Part shown: piece after piece, positions 1 through 9,950 of the stretch
Layout: the number at the start of each line of letters is the position of its first letter
Position numbering within the stretch: position 1 is the first letter of the stretch
Assembly (NCBI GenBank): GCA_963665325.3
Contig: CAXXWS020000004.1
Span: 160,001 to 224,000, forward strand
Length of the DNA stretch: 64,000 nt
Direction: 5' to 3'
From: Alphaproteobacteria bacterium
Lineage (GTDB): Bacteria > Pseudomonadota > Alphaproteobacteria > Bin95
Translations under genes and position numbers: made by a program
Notes under the pieces: generated by a model
The model's database searches: none
What the model saw: the letters and a program-made list of their open reading frames with translations, nothing else
Told to the model about the DNA's origin: nothing

Positions 1-2
1 GC

Positions 3-395
3 ATCACCAGGAAGCGCACGCTCAGGCGCTCGGACGGCACCGTCTCGGTCGAGGGCATCCGCTACCAGGTGCCACAGCCGTGGCGCCACCTGCGCGAGGC
101 CTGGATCCGTTACGCGCGCTGGAACCTCGCCAGCGTCGATCTGATCGACGGTCGAGGCGGCGAGCGCCTGTGCACGCTGTACCCCCTCGACAAGCGCGGC
201 AACGCCGATGGCGTGCGCCGTCCCGCCGGCCCCGGCGGCAACGATGGCAATGGCGGCGCGGGGACGGGGGAACTTCCGCCGCTGCTCAAGGGCATGCTCG
301 ACGCCCAGGCCGCAACCGGCCTGCCGCCGGCCTGGCTGCCCCATGACAAGACGCCCGGTCCGGGCGAGGACGAAGATCGGGGAGATGCGCCATGA
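3..395 (+). CDS. DDE/Mu-like transposase, C-terminal part (5' end outside window)
   Basis: Frame 3 is open from the window start: ITRKRTLRRSDGTVSVEGIRYQVP...IRY..WNLASVDLID, typical of a Mu-transposase C-terminal domain; stop overlaps the ATG of the ATPase gene. Confidence 0.75.
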   Translation: MTRKRTLRRSDGTVSVEGIRYQVPQPWRHLREAWIRYARWNLASVDLIDGRGGERLCTLYPLDKRGNADGVRRPAGPGGNDGNGGAGTGELPPLLKGMLDAQAATGLPPAWLPHDKTPGPGEDEDRGDAP

Positions 396-1225
396 ACCGG
401 GAACTGCTCACCTTCTACGGGCTCAAGTGGAACCCCTTCGCCACCGACCTGCCGGTCGACAGTCTCATGGCGACGCCTGCCGTCGACAGCTTCTGCCTCA
501 GGATCGAGCGCCACCTGGTGCGCCAGGGCGGCTTCGCCTTGATCGCCGGCGAGCCCGGCGCCGGAAAGAGTGTGGCGTTGCGCCTGCTCGCCGACCGTCT
601 CGGCCGCTGCGAGGGGCTCAGCATCGCCGCCATCACCCATCCCTCCTCCCGGCTGTCCGACTTCTACCGCGAGATCGGCGAGATGTTCGGCGTCGACCTG
701 ATGTACAACAACCGCTGGGCCAGCTTCAAAAGCCTGCGCGAGCGCTGGCTCGCCCATGTCGACGATACCCGCATGCGCCCCGTCGTGCTCGTCGACGAGG
801 CCCAGGAGCTGCTGCCCTCGGTGTTCTCCGAGATCCGCCTGCTGGCTTCGACCGACTTCGACTCGCGCGCCATCCTCTCGGTCGTCCTCGCCGGCGACAC
901 GCGCCTGCTCGACAAGCTCCGCCAGCCCGATCTGCAGCCCATCGCCTCGCGCATCCGCCAGCGCCTGGTCATGACCAAGGCCGAGGCCGGCGACCTCGCG
1001 GCCCTGCTCGACCATCTGATCGAGCAGGCCGGCAATCCCGGCCTCATGACCGCGGGCCTCAAGGACACCCTGGTCGCCCATGCCGACGGCAACCCGCGGG
1101 CGCTCACCGTCATGGCCGACGCCCTGCTCGCCGCCGCCGCCGAGAAGGAGCGCGAGGTCCTCGACGAGAAGCTCTTCATCGAGACCCTGGGCGAACCCGC
1201 CAAGCCGAGGAGGGCGCGGCGGTGA
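392..1225 (+). CDS. ExeA/TniB-like AAA+ ATPase (transposition helper)
   Basis: Walker A GEPGAGKS, Walker B VVLVDEAQ, N-terminal FYGLKWNPF motif of the ExeA family; coupled to the transposase. Confidence 0.85.
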   Translation: MNRELLTFYGLKWNPFATDLPVDSLMATPAVDSFCLRIERHLVRQGGFALIAGEPGAGKSVALRLLADRLGRCEGLSIAAITHPSSRLSDFYREIGEMFGVDLMYNNRWASFKSLRERWLAHVDDTRMRPVVLVDEAQELLPSVFSEIRLLASTDFDSRAILSVVLAGDTRLLDKLRQPDLQPIASRIRQRLVMTKAEAGDLAALLDHLIEQAGNPGLMTAGLKDTLVAHADGNPRALTVMADALLAAAAEKEREVLDEKLFIETLGEPAKPRRARR

Positions 1226-2220
1226 AGGGCTTCCCGACACGGGCGCCGGCGGAGCTCGAAGAGCGCCCCCAGGCGCGCCGCTGGATGGTCGAGGCGTTGT
1301 GGTCCGAGCAGGGCGTCGGCATCGTCGGCGGCGAGCCCAAGTGCGGCAAATCCTTCCTCGCACTCGACATCGCCGTCGCGGTCGCCGCCGGCGTCCCCTG
1401 CCTGCGCCACTTCCGTCCCGCCGCAAGCGGCCCCGTGCTGCTGTTCGCCGCCGAGGACGCCGGCCATATCGTGCGCGCACGCCTCCAGGGCATCGCAAAG
1501 GCGGCAGGCACCGCGTTCGAGACCCTCGACATCGCCGTCATCGACGTGCCCACGCTGCGTCTCGACCATCGCGCCGATCGCCAGCGCCTGGTCGAGACGG
1601 TGGAGCGCGTCTCACCCCGCCTCGTCGTCCTCGACCCCCTCGTGCGCCTGCACGGCGTCGACGAAAATACCGTCGCCGAGGTCGCCCCCATGCTGGGCTT
1701 CCTGCGCGACATACAGCGCCGCTTCGAAACCGCCGTCCTCCTCGTCCATCACGCACGAAAGAGCGGCGGCTCCCGGCCCGGGCAGGCGCTGCGCGGCAGC
1801 AGCGAACTTCACGCCTGGGGCGATTCGAATCTGTACCTGCGCCGGCGAGACCGCCAGATCCTCATGACCGTCGAGCATCGCGACGCCCCTGGCCTCGAAG
1901 ACCTCGAGATCGAACTCGCCGACGACGACGAGCGCCCCGCCCTGCGGTTGCGCGAGACGCCGGAAGACCAGGCGCCGGAGCCGGATACCCCCGAACGGCG
2001 CATCCTGCAGGCCCTCGCCGACGCCGACGCGCCGCTCTCCCAGCGCCGGATCCGCGAGCGCGCGGCAACCCGGCCCGCAACCGTCGCCGAGGCGCTGCAC
2101 AGGCTCGTCCGCGAAGGACGCGTCGAGCGCGCATCCGAAGGCGGATACCGCCTCGCCGCCCTCAACGGCAACGACCGCAGGGACACGTTACCGAAAACCG
2201 TTACCGCCTCGAACCCCTAG
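1222..2220 (+). CDS. RepA-like AAA_25 (RecA-fold) helicase/ATPase with C-terminal HTH
   Basis: GTG at 1222 overlaps the upstream TGA; motifs GGEPKCGKS, LVVLDPL, LLVHHARK, LRGSS; C-terminal winged-helix-like segment. Confidence 0.8.
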   Translation: MKGFPTRAPAELEERPQARRWMVEALWSEQGVGIVGGEPKCGKSFLALDIAVAVAAGVPCLRHFRPAASGPVLLFAAEDAGHIVRARLQGIAKAAGTAFETLDIAVIDVPTLRLDHRADRQRLVETVERVSPRLVVLDPLVRLHGVDENTVAEVAPMLGFLRDIQRRFETAVLLVHHARKSGGSRPGQALRGSSELHAWGDSNLYLRRRDRQILMTVEHRDAPGLEDLEIELADDDERPALRLRETPEDQAPEPDTPERRILQALADADAPLSQRRIRERAATRPATVAEALHRLVREGRVERASEGGYRLAALNGNDRRDTLPKTVTASNP

Positions 2221-2247
2221 GGAGAGAGGGTAACGGTAACGGGTAAC
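2186..2247. repeat. Origin/iteron-like GTTACC/GGTAAC repeat cluster
   Basis: CGTTACC at 2186 and 2199; inverted GGTAAC at 2229, 2235 and 2242, flanking CCCCTAGGG at the helicase stop. Confidence 0.5.
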
Positions 2248-2471
2248 ACCGCTCCCATTGTCACACTGCGTAAAGCGGCCGGCCCGTGGCCGGAAGCTTG
2301 CTTACGGCCATGGATGCACTCCGTCGGAGGGACGGCGGCGGGTCACCCGAAGGGCCGGAGCGCAGCGCAGGAGCCGCGAAGCGGCTTGACGCGCCGACGG
2401 CCGTCCGACACCCCCGCCGTCACGCCCGGCCCGACGCCTGAAAACCATCGAACAACGTGACCATCCCGCCA

Positions 2472-5400
2472 TCAGATACCGAGAGCACACTCAGTGTCGT
2501 CGTCCGTCGCTGCCAGCGTCACGACCGTGGTCTCGTTCTCCGCAACCTCGACCGGCGAGACCGTCGTCACGACCGGTGCTGCATCGTCGTCCTCCACCAC
2601 AACCTCGGACGACGATGCGGTTCCATCCACGCTGTAGCCGGTCCCGGCCGCGACCGTCGTGGTGATCGTGCTCGCATCCTCCACGACCTCGTCGTCCTCG
2701 GTCGCGACACTCAGGTCCGCCGTGCTCGAGCCGGCGTCGAACGTCGCCGTCGCCGGTGCGGTGCCCGCCACCGTCGCACCGGTCTCGCTCACGCTCACCG
2801 CGACCGTGAGCGCATCCGTCGTGTCGCCCGTCCGGCTCAGCGTGAAGGAGGCTGAAGTCCCCTCCGTCACGGTGCTCGTCGCCGCCGCGATCGAGACTTC
2901 GGGAGGCGCCGCCGCAACCGCCGCCGTCGCGGCGCTGACCAGCGACTCCTCCGTGCCACGGTCGTCGGTATAGGTGAGGCGTACCTTCACCGTCTTGCCC
3001 GCGTCCGCAGACGTCAGCGTGTAGGTGGACCCGGTCGCGTCCGCGATGTCGGCATCCACCGTCCCGTCGTTCGCGATCCACTGCCAGGCGAACACCGCAT
3101 TCGTGAGCCCGTCGGCATCCGATACCTCGGAGGCCGAAGCCGTCAGCGTCTCGCCCTCCTGCGCCACACCCGATATCTTCGGCAGGCCTTCTGGCGCCGT
3201 GTTGGCCAGCGTGTCGTTGGTCACGGCCTGGTCCGAGAAGTCCGCCGCAGGATTGCCTGCCAGGTCGCGGAGCGGGTTCGCATTCGCACCCGTCGGGCCT
3301 GCGTACCCGACCGTCACCGTCTCCGCGGCCACAACGGCCGAGGCCAACGTCAGCGTCACCGCGCTGCCGCTCATGGAAACGTTCGAGACGTCCCGTCCCG
3401 CACCGTCCACCGTGGCGGAGAACGCGCTCGAGGCCGGCGGGGCGCTCTCGTCCAGCGCCTCGCTGAAGGAAAGCGTAAGCAGGTCGCCATCCACGCTCGC
3501 GCTCGACAGTTCCGGCGCGATCTCCTCCACGTCTGCGAGGCGGACGATGAGGGCCTTGTCCGTCCAATTGTATCCGTCCACGACGCGCACCGTGACTTCG
3601 TAATCGCCGTCCTGATCCGCATCGTCCGGCGCCTCGTAGTCCTTCGCTGCCGTGAAGGAGAGTACGCCTGCCGTCGTCAAGGTGAAGCTGGCGGCATCCG
3701 TTCCGCCCATGCTCCCCCACGGAATCGCCCAAACGAATCTCGGCTCCGCCGCGTCCTCGTCCGTTGCCGTCAGCGTTGCGACTACGCCCTGGTTCTCCGC
3801 GACAACGACGGGCGAGACCGTGGTGATCACCGGCGGCGCGTCGTCGTCTTGTACCTCAACCTCAGCGGATGTCGCGTTTGCATCCAGGCTGTAGTCGGCG
3901 CCGGCCGCAACCGCCGCGGTGATGGTGCTCGCGTCCTCCACGACCTCGTCATCCTTCGTCGCGACGCTGAGCTCAGCCGTGGCCGATCCGGCGGCGAAGG
4001 TCGCCGTCTCCGGTGCCGTGCCGGACACCATCGCGCCGGTCTCGCTCATGCTCACATCCACCGTCAGTGCGGCCGCCGTATCGCCGGTCCGGCTTAGCGT
4101 GAAGGCGGCGGGCTCACCCTCCGTCACCGGGCTCGAAGCGGGCGCAATGGATATCTCGGGGAGCGCCGGGCCCGGCACGGTGGCCGAGACCGCCTCCGAA
4201 AGAGTTCGGCCTTCCCTCGTGCACACCGCGCCTCGTTCGCCGCACGCCCGCGCGGGCAGCGTGACGGCGATGTCGCCGTCCGTGTCCGGCTCGAGCGTGA
4301 GGCGCCAGCCGATGTTGGAGCCCTTCTCCAGACGCTGCGCCCGTGTCACCGCCCCGCCGCTGACCTCGAATGCCCGGTCGCGCAGCTTCCGATAGCCGAT
4401 TCGGAACTCTTCGCTGAAATGCAGCTCGAACTGGAACGCGGTCAAGCCGTCGTGGCTCTCCGGAACGTTCTCGAAGCGCGCCGTGAGCCAGTCGCTCGCC
4501 GCCACCTCGACCGCAGCAGAGCCGATCGCGGTTCCGTCATGAGAGACCGCCGCCTCGATGGTCTCCGCCGGCTCCTGATCGGCGTCGTCGGTAGCCGTTA
4601 CCGTGGCCGTCACCGTGCTCGCGCCCGCCGCGAGCGTGAGCGCGTAGGGAGAGGCGAGCGCCTGCCCGCCGCCGTCGGCGACCCCGTAGTCCGCCGCGAC
4701 CGCTGTGCTGGCCGCGAAGTCGAGCGCGATCGTCTGGTCCGCCGCGAAGGTCAGGCCGTTCGCAATCGCCACCGTCAGCGTCGAGGCCTCCCCCTCCTCG
4801 ATCTGCGCCGGGCTCGCCGAGACGGTGAAGGTCGCCGCGTCGTTGTCGTTCACCGCCACCTCGGCGGACGAGGCGCTCGCATCGACGGTGTAGCCGGTCC
4901 CGGCCGTAACGCTCGCCGTGATCGTGCTTGCCGCCTCGACGACCGTGTCGTCCTCGGTCGCGACGCTCAGTTCCGTCGTGCTCGAGCCGGCGGCGAAGGT
5001 CGCGGTCGCAGGCGCGCTGCCCGCCACCATCGCGCCGGTCTCGCTCACGCTCACGTCCACGGTCAGTGCAGCCGCCATGTCGCCCGCGCGCGTCAAGGTG
5101 AAGGCGGCGGCCTCACCCTCCGTCACCGGGCTCGAAGCGGGCGCAATGGATATCTCGGACGTCCCTATGACGGCATCCGTCGTGATTTCCAAAGGCAGGC
5201 TTCTGGATTTCACGAGTGAATAGCCCGAGTGCGACGACGAGGGCAGGGAGGGAAGGGTGCCGATATCGACGGTCACTGCCCCTGTTTCTTCCGCCAGGCG
5301 GGCGACGCCGACCGGGGCGCTTTCCGTGCTGCCTGCGGGGATGACGACGGTGCTGGAGCCGTCGCTGAGCTGCCCGTTGGTGACGACGATCGGCAGCTCG

Positions 5401-8400
5401 ATGCGGAAGGGCGCGCCGCTGTCCGCCGTTGCCTTGAAGGTGCCGCCTCCTGCCGCTTCGAGTCCGATGTCAACGGGCAGTGGACCGACTGTGTTTCCAG
5501 TCAAATTGAGGTATTCAAGCGAAGTCAGTCCCGAGAATATCCCGTCCGGCAAGCTGCTCAGTCGATTGTTGCTCAAATTAAGGGCTTTTAGGGAGTTCAG
5601 CCCGGAAAACACATCTGCTTCCAGCACCGTTAGCTTGTTGGAACGCAGCAACAAGTATTCCAACTTGGAAAGACCGTAGAACAAATTCCGGGGTATGGTC
5701 GTCAAATTTCGATTCGAAGATATAGAAAGAGATTTCAGTCCCGAGAGGCCGGAAAAATCGTCCGTTCTCAGTACGCTCACTCTGACGCTTCCGCTGCCCG
5801 CTATCTCGAGCCGCCCGATCATTGCCAGCTCGGTGGCTGTAATGTCCGAGCAATCCTTCAGAAGCCTTGCAGCAATCGCATCGCGCACTATAGGGGTTCG
5901 ATCGCAAACGCCACCGATTGCATCGTTCGGGACCGACCTGTTCACGAAGCCCGCGGCACCATTGCTCGCCAGATCGCGAAGTTTCGAATCTCCGTTTGCC
6001 GTGGGCACCGTGTACGAGACGTAGACCGGTTCGCTTGCCGCCACCGCTGCGCTCAATTGCAACTCCACCGTGGCGCCCGATAGCGATACGGTCGTGACGG
6101 AGCGCGTTGCACCCGCCACTCTGACCGCATAAGCGCTTGTGGGCGGGATCGAGCCCGTGTCCAACGCTTCGTCGTAGATCAAGGTGAGCGCCGATCCGGA
6201 GACGGAGACGCTTTCGAGCTCTGGCGGCGTCGAATCTTCATCCTGAAGCGTAACGGACGCGGTCGTTACAGTGCCTGATTCCACGCCGTCAGGCAGTCTG
6301 CCGAGACCGAGAACGATGTGTTCTCCCTGCTCCGCCTCGCTGTCCGCAGACGCCGTGACCGTCACGGTTTGCGACAGCGGACCGCCACTTGTGAACGTTA
6401 CGCTGCTGGAGGATGTGTATTCCAGCGGGGATGCGCCACCCAGAGGCGTTGCAATTATGGGGATGGTGACCGTGCGCTCAGGATCATGGTTCAAGCGAAC
6501 CGTGACCGATGCCGTGCCCCCTTCTGTCACGGCATAGACCGTCTTTGCGAACTCGACTGTGACCGGCCGCGGTTGGCGCACCAGAGTCGCCGTAAAACTG
6601 TCTTGCGTGATTCCATCCTCTGCCGTTACCGAGACGGTTATGACGTTCTCACCAACCGATGGCTCGAACTCGTAGATTCGACAGTCGTGATCCGGTTGGC
6701 CACAGTAAGAGCCAAGGAGATTGTCCGCTCCAACCGCAGGCATGGAAGGCGAAATCGTGACGGTTGCTTCTGAATTGCTTGGCTCAACGGCCAAGTGCAC
6801 CAAACTGGTCGCCCAAGAAACGGTCGCTTCATAGTTCCCCGAGCTTAGCATGCTGGCGCCCGTCACGCCCGAATTGGGACTACGACCGAACATGACCCTC
6901 TTCGTACCCGTGTCCGTGGAGAGCGGCACCGATGTGTTTCGCACTGCGAAGTCGGCGAAAGACTCTGCCGGGTTTTGTGACAAGTCGCGAATTCGAGCCG
7001 CGCCCTGAGCCGTTGGAACCGTGTAGCCCAGCGACACGACCTCGCCCTCCACGACCGGCGAAGCCAGCGTAAGTTCGACCGCGCTTCCGGTTATGACCAC
7101 GTCGTCCACGGCACGATCGTTGCTGGCGACCGTTACCGAGAACGTTTCGGCTGCCGGTACGGACGCCGTATCCAGCGCCTCGTTCCATGTCAGCACGAGA
7201 GCGGCGCTGTCCGCGGTGGCTCGGAGCAATTCTGGAGCCGTTGTGTCCGTCGCCGATGGCGTCGCCGTGACTTCCGTCGAGGCGCCGTCCCCGTTCTGGT
7301 TGTAGGGCACGATTCGAACCGAGTGCTCCGTACCGTTCGTCAGCCCGGCAATCGTATGGGCATTCCTCTCGGCGACGTCGACGACCACGGCCTGCCGCGA
7401 GGTGTCGTATTGCTGCGAACCCGATTTCCACTGGATCCTGTAGCCTTCGATGGGTGAGCCGCCATCGCTGGCCGGGGCGCTCCAGGAGACCGCGAGCTTT
7501 CCGCTCCCTGCAGCGTTGGCCGCAACGCTCCCTGGTGCGCCTGGCACACAGCCACCGTCACGCCACGGATTGCGCGCAACGCCGTCTTCGAACGCCGATT
7601 CCGCCGCCTTTGAATTGCTGCAGTACCCGCCGAACGAGTTCCTGAGTTGATACACAACAATGCCTCTTTCGTGGCTGTCCTCCATACTCTTCACGTCAGC
7701 CCAAAGCTTTTCCAGGTCCGGGCCATCTGCAATAGCGCCATAGGTCGTGGAGAACCATGCGGGCATCGTGCCCGAAATCGCGCTGCGCATAACCGCGACG
7801 GCTTCTGCGGTTGTTCTCGAATTCCAGTCGGTGCAGGCATCCCAATAGGTAGGGTCGATATCCGGTAAAATGGACAGAAGAAATACGTCGGCGTAAAGCT
7901 CCGATATTCTGCAGTTATTGCCGGCCACGACCGGCAAGCTCTCGAGATACAGGCGAAAAGCGGACAAGGCAGCAATGTCGCCAGATAAGTCGCTATTCTT
8001 GTCGTAGTAGTGCGCCATTTCGTGAATCAGGATTCTCGCTAATTGTGCAGCCCCCGAATCAACTATGCTCTCTTGAACCACCGTACCGGTCACGCGGCAT
8101 GTGTGCAGTCCATCCGCTCGTGGGCTGCACGAAGATTGCACGGCCGCCGATCCGGGGGCTGCCTCGACAATGTTGAATACCTTCCCATTCCGCTTCATGT
8201 GCTCCCAGGAAGTACGTAGCCAAGGCGATGAATTGCCGTACACGGCAACGACCTGATCTTCTATGAAGCTAAGAAGGTAAGAATCGAGCGAAATCGGTGT
8301 CCCCGTGATTTCATTCGTAGGCTCACTGTCTCCCAACAAATTGTAAGCAATAACCCTCATCCGGTACTCGGTACCGTTCTGCAAGCCTGTAATCTTGTAC

Positions 8401-9635
8401 GCCCACCGAAAAGTGATACCGATTGGAACCATCTCCGTGACGATCGCTTGGTCGGACGACTCCCAGGAGTTCGGATCCGACGTCCACTGCACCTTGTAGC
8501 CGACAACAGGCGATCCACCGTCCCGTGCCGGTGGCCACCACCGGATACTGAGTTCGCCATCGTTTCGGCTGGACAGGTAATTCGAGGCAGGGGCCTCGGG
8601 CGGTGCCTGGGAGCGCGTCAGAGACAACGTATACGTCTTGCGATCGATGGTGTTCTCCGCCGTGACGACGATGTCCAGGGTGTTTTGTCCCGCGCCGAGA
8701 GGGACCTGATGGCCGGACGCATTGGTATCGGCGTCTACAGAGGGCGAGAAAGCGACTGTGGCACCGGAATCGCTCGGCGTCGGCGTGACAGTCGCCGCCG
8801 TCACGGAATACGGCACGACAGCGCGGTACTGCTCGGTGGCGGATGAGAATGCCGGCGTCAGCGTCGCTCCGGACACGGTCAGCGCACTCAACGTCGCATC
8901 GGATGATGCCGTTCCGGTATTCACGACGACTTGGTTGCTCAGAGCCGGCGCTTGGTTGCCCAACCAGTCCTGCAGGGGCTGGGCCGTGGCGCCGGTCGGT
9001 ACCGCATAGCTGAGCGTGACGGTATCGCTTGCGGAGGTAGCGCTCGACAGCGTCAGCGTGACCTCGGTCCCTTGGATGTTCACGCCGGAAACCGCTGCGG
9101 TGCTTCCCCCGGCGACGACGGTAAAGACACTGGTGGACGGTACAGAATTCGCATCCAACAATTCATCAAACGTGAGACGGAGGGTGGCGCCAACGACGTT
9201 GGCACTAACGAGCAGAGGCTGTTCCCCTGAACTTGATGTTGCAAAAATTTGTGAAGAATAGCCAGATGTTCTCGCGAATCTGGCGCCCACACGGACACAA
9301 TACTCCTGTCCGTTCTGAAGACCAGTAATCGTGTAGGATGTCTGCGTGGTTGCCACGTCGGTCCATGTCGCACCTGCGTAATTCCATCCGCAAAACTTAC
9401 CGCTCGGAGTGGGCACGTTCAGACGTGGAATGGTATAGTTTACGACATACTTGACGAGCGTCATATCTTGTTCGGCCGGTGGCTCCCAAGTCACACCCAG
9501 TATTCCATCTCCCGGCGTGACGCGGACATTGTTGGGCTCAAGTTCCGAGGCAGACAGTGTTCCGGATGTCTGCAGAACAATAACTGCCACAAGCACCGCA
9601 AGAGCCACGCGGCAGGCGCGAGCTATTAACGTCAT
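2472..9635 (-). CDS. Giant secreted/surface protein (FN3, SwmB-like, cadherin-like, Calx-beta-like, LRR, HEXXH domain), C-terminally truncated
   Basis: 2387 aa; N-terminal signal peptide; FN3 motifs (W..P..DGGSP..GY.VQW); repeated LTL.FDE.LD..S.P modules; LRR FSGLS.L..L.L..N.L; IHEMAH; DYEAPDDADQDGDYEVTV cadherin motif. Confidence 0.85.
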   Translation of the reverse strand: MTLIARACRVALAVLVAVIVLQTSGTLSASELEPNNVRVTPGDGILGVTWEPPAEQDMTLVKYVVNYTIPRLNVPTPSGKFCGWNYAGATWTDVATTQTSYTITGLQNGQEYCVRVGARFARTSGYSSQIFATSSSGEQPLLVSANVVGATLRLTFDELLDANSVPSTSVFTVVAGGSTAAVSGVNIQGTEVTLTLSSATSASDTVTLSYAVPTGATAQPLQDWLGNQAPALSNQVVVNTGTASSDATLSALTVSGATLTPAFSSATEQYRAVVPYSVTAATVTPTPSDSGATVAFSPSVDADTNASGHQVPLGAGQNTLDIVVTAENTIDRKTYTLSLTRSQAPPEAPASNYLSSRNDGELSIRWWPPARDGGSPVVGYKVQWTSDPNSWESSDQAIVTEMVPIGITFRWAYKITGLQNGTEYRMRVIAYNLLGDSEPTNEITGTPISLDSYLLSFIEDQVVAVYGNSSPWLRTSWEHMKRNGKVFNIVEAAPGSAAVQSSCSPRADGLHTCRVTGTVVQESIVDSGAAQLARILIHEMAHYYDKNSDLSGDIAALSAFRLYLESLPVVAGNNCRISELYADVFLLSILPDIDPTYWDACTDWNSRTTAEAVAVMRSAISGTMPAWFSTTYGAIADGPDLEKLWADVKSMEDSHERGIVVYQLRNSFGGYCSNSKAAESAFEDGVARNPWRDGGCVPGAPGSVAANAAGSGKLAVSWSAPASDGGSPIEGYRIQWKSGSQQYDTSRQAVVVDVAERNAHTIAGLTNGTEHSVRIVPYNQNGDGASTEVTATPSATDTTAPELLRATADSAALVLTWNEALDTASVPAAETFSVTVASNDRAVDDVVITGSAVELTLASPVVEGEVVSLGYTVPTAQGAARIRDLSQNPAESFADFAVRNTSVPLSTDTGTKRVMFGRSPNSGVTGASMLSSGNYEATVSWATSLVHLAVEPSNSEATVTISPSMPAVGADNLLGSYCGQPDHDCRIYEFEPSVGENVITVSVTAEDGITQDSFTATLVRQPRPVTVEFAKTVYAVTEGGTASVTVRLNHDPERTVTIPIIATPLGGASPLEYTSSSSVTFTSGGPLSQTVTVTASADSEAEQGEHIVLGLGRLPDGVESGTVTTASVTLQDEDSTPPELESVSVSGSALTLIYDEALDTGSIPPTSAYAVRVAGATRSVTTVSLSGATVELQLSAAVAASEPVYVSYTVPTANGDSKLRDLASNGAAGFVNRSVPNDAIGGVCDRTPIVRDAIAARLLKDCSDITATELAMIGRLEIAGSGSVRVSVLRTDDFSGLSGLKSLSISSNRNLTTIPRNLFYGLSKLEYLLLRSNKLTVLEADVFSGLNSLKALNLSNNRLSSLPDGIFSGLTSLEYLNLTGNTVGPLPVDIGLEAAGGGTFKATADSGAPFRIELPIVVTNGQLSDGSSTVVIPAGSTESAPVGVARLAEETGAVTVDIGTLPSLPSSSHSGYSLVKSRSLPLEITTDAVIGTSEISIAPASSPVTEGEAAAFTLTRAGDMAAALTVDVSVSETGAMVAGSAPATATFAAGSSTTELSVATEDDTVVEAASTITASVTAGTGYTVDASASSAEVAVNDNDAATFTVSASPAQIEEGEASTLTVAIANGLTFAADQTIALDFAASTAVAADYGVADGGGQALASPYALTLAAGASTVTATVTATDDADQEPAETIEAAVSHDGTAIGSAAVEVAASDWLTARFENVPESHDGLTAFQFELHFSEEFRIGYRKLRDRAFEVSGGAVTRAQRLEKGSNIGWRLTLEPDTDGDIAVTLPARACGERGAVCTREGRTLSEAVSATVPGPALPEISIAPASSPVTEGEPAAFTLSRTGDTAAALTVDVSMSETGAMVSGTAPETATFAAGSATAELSVATKDDEVVEDASTITAAVAAGADYSLDANATSAEVEVQDDDAPPVITTVSPVVVAENQGVVATLTATDEDAAEPRFVWAIPWGSMGGTDAASFTLTTAGVLSFTAAKDYEAPDDADQDGDYEVTVRVVDGYNWTDKALIVRLADVEEIAPELSSASVDGDLLTLSFSEALDESAPPASSAFSATVDGAGRDVSNVSMSGSAVTLTLASAVVAAETVTVGYAGPTGANANPLRDLAGNPAADFSDQAVTNDTLANTAPEGLPKISGVAQEGETLTASASEVSDADGLTNAVFAWQWIANDGTVDADIADATGSTYTLTSADAGKTVKVRLTYTDDRGTEESLVSAATAAVAAAPPEVSIAAATSTVTEGTSASFTLSRTGDTTDALTVAVSVSETGATVAGTAPATATFDAGSSTADLSVATEDDEVVEDASTITTTVAAGTGYSVDGTASSSEVVVEDDDAAPVVTTVSPVEVAENETTVVTLAATDDDTECALGI
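2575..5160 (-). repeat. Three related ~110-codon Calx-beta-like modules within the giant gene (~2575-2900, ~3835-4160, ~4835-5160)
   Basis: Repeated PE(I/V)SIA....VTEG..A.FTL.R.GD...ALTV.VS.SETGA; DNA at 4101-4159 is nearly identical to 5100-5158. Confidence 0.8.
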
Positions 9636-9950
9636 TGAGGCAACGCTCCCGAATTGGTGAGTCGCTTGGTGTGAACCTGGGTGAGAAGTGCGGAGACGCG
9701 TGTAGCGGCAGAACGTCTCTTTCCGCCTGGCTGGTAGATGCCTTGTGCCGGCTGGCCCACCGCCCCTTTGCTTCGGCGCTGGCGCCGCACGGCTTGGCCA
9801 ACAGGAAATTCTCCGCGATACGTGCCCAAGGGGGCTCCGTATCCCGACAGATGATCCCGGCTGTTCGCGCTCCCAGACAGGAGCGACCCAAGAGCGGCAC
9901 GTACTGCTCGCATTGCCTGCGGTCTTCGTTTAGGGTCTAACCTGCCGCAT

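Larger units (their letters stand above)
1..2489 (+). mobile_element. Right part of a Mu/Tn7-like transposon ending in ...GAGAGCACA
   Basis: Terminal ACA at 2487-2489 coincides with loss of the adhesin repeat pattern; subterminal 16-bp repeats GACACCCCCGCCGTCA (2407-2422) and GACCATCCCGCCATCA (2459-2474). Confidence 0.6.

Noticed and set aside
208-1221. N-terminal half of the 670-aa ORF 208..2220
   Set aside because: Arg/Pro-rich shadow frame over the ATPase gene; the real gene starts at GTG 1222
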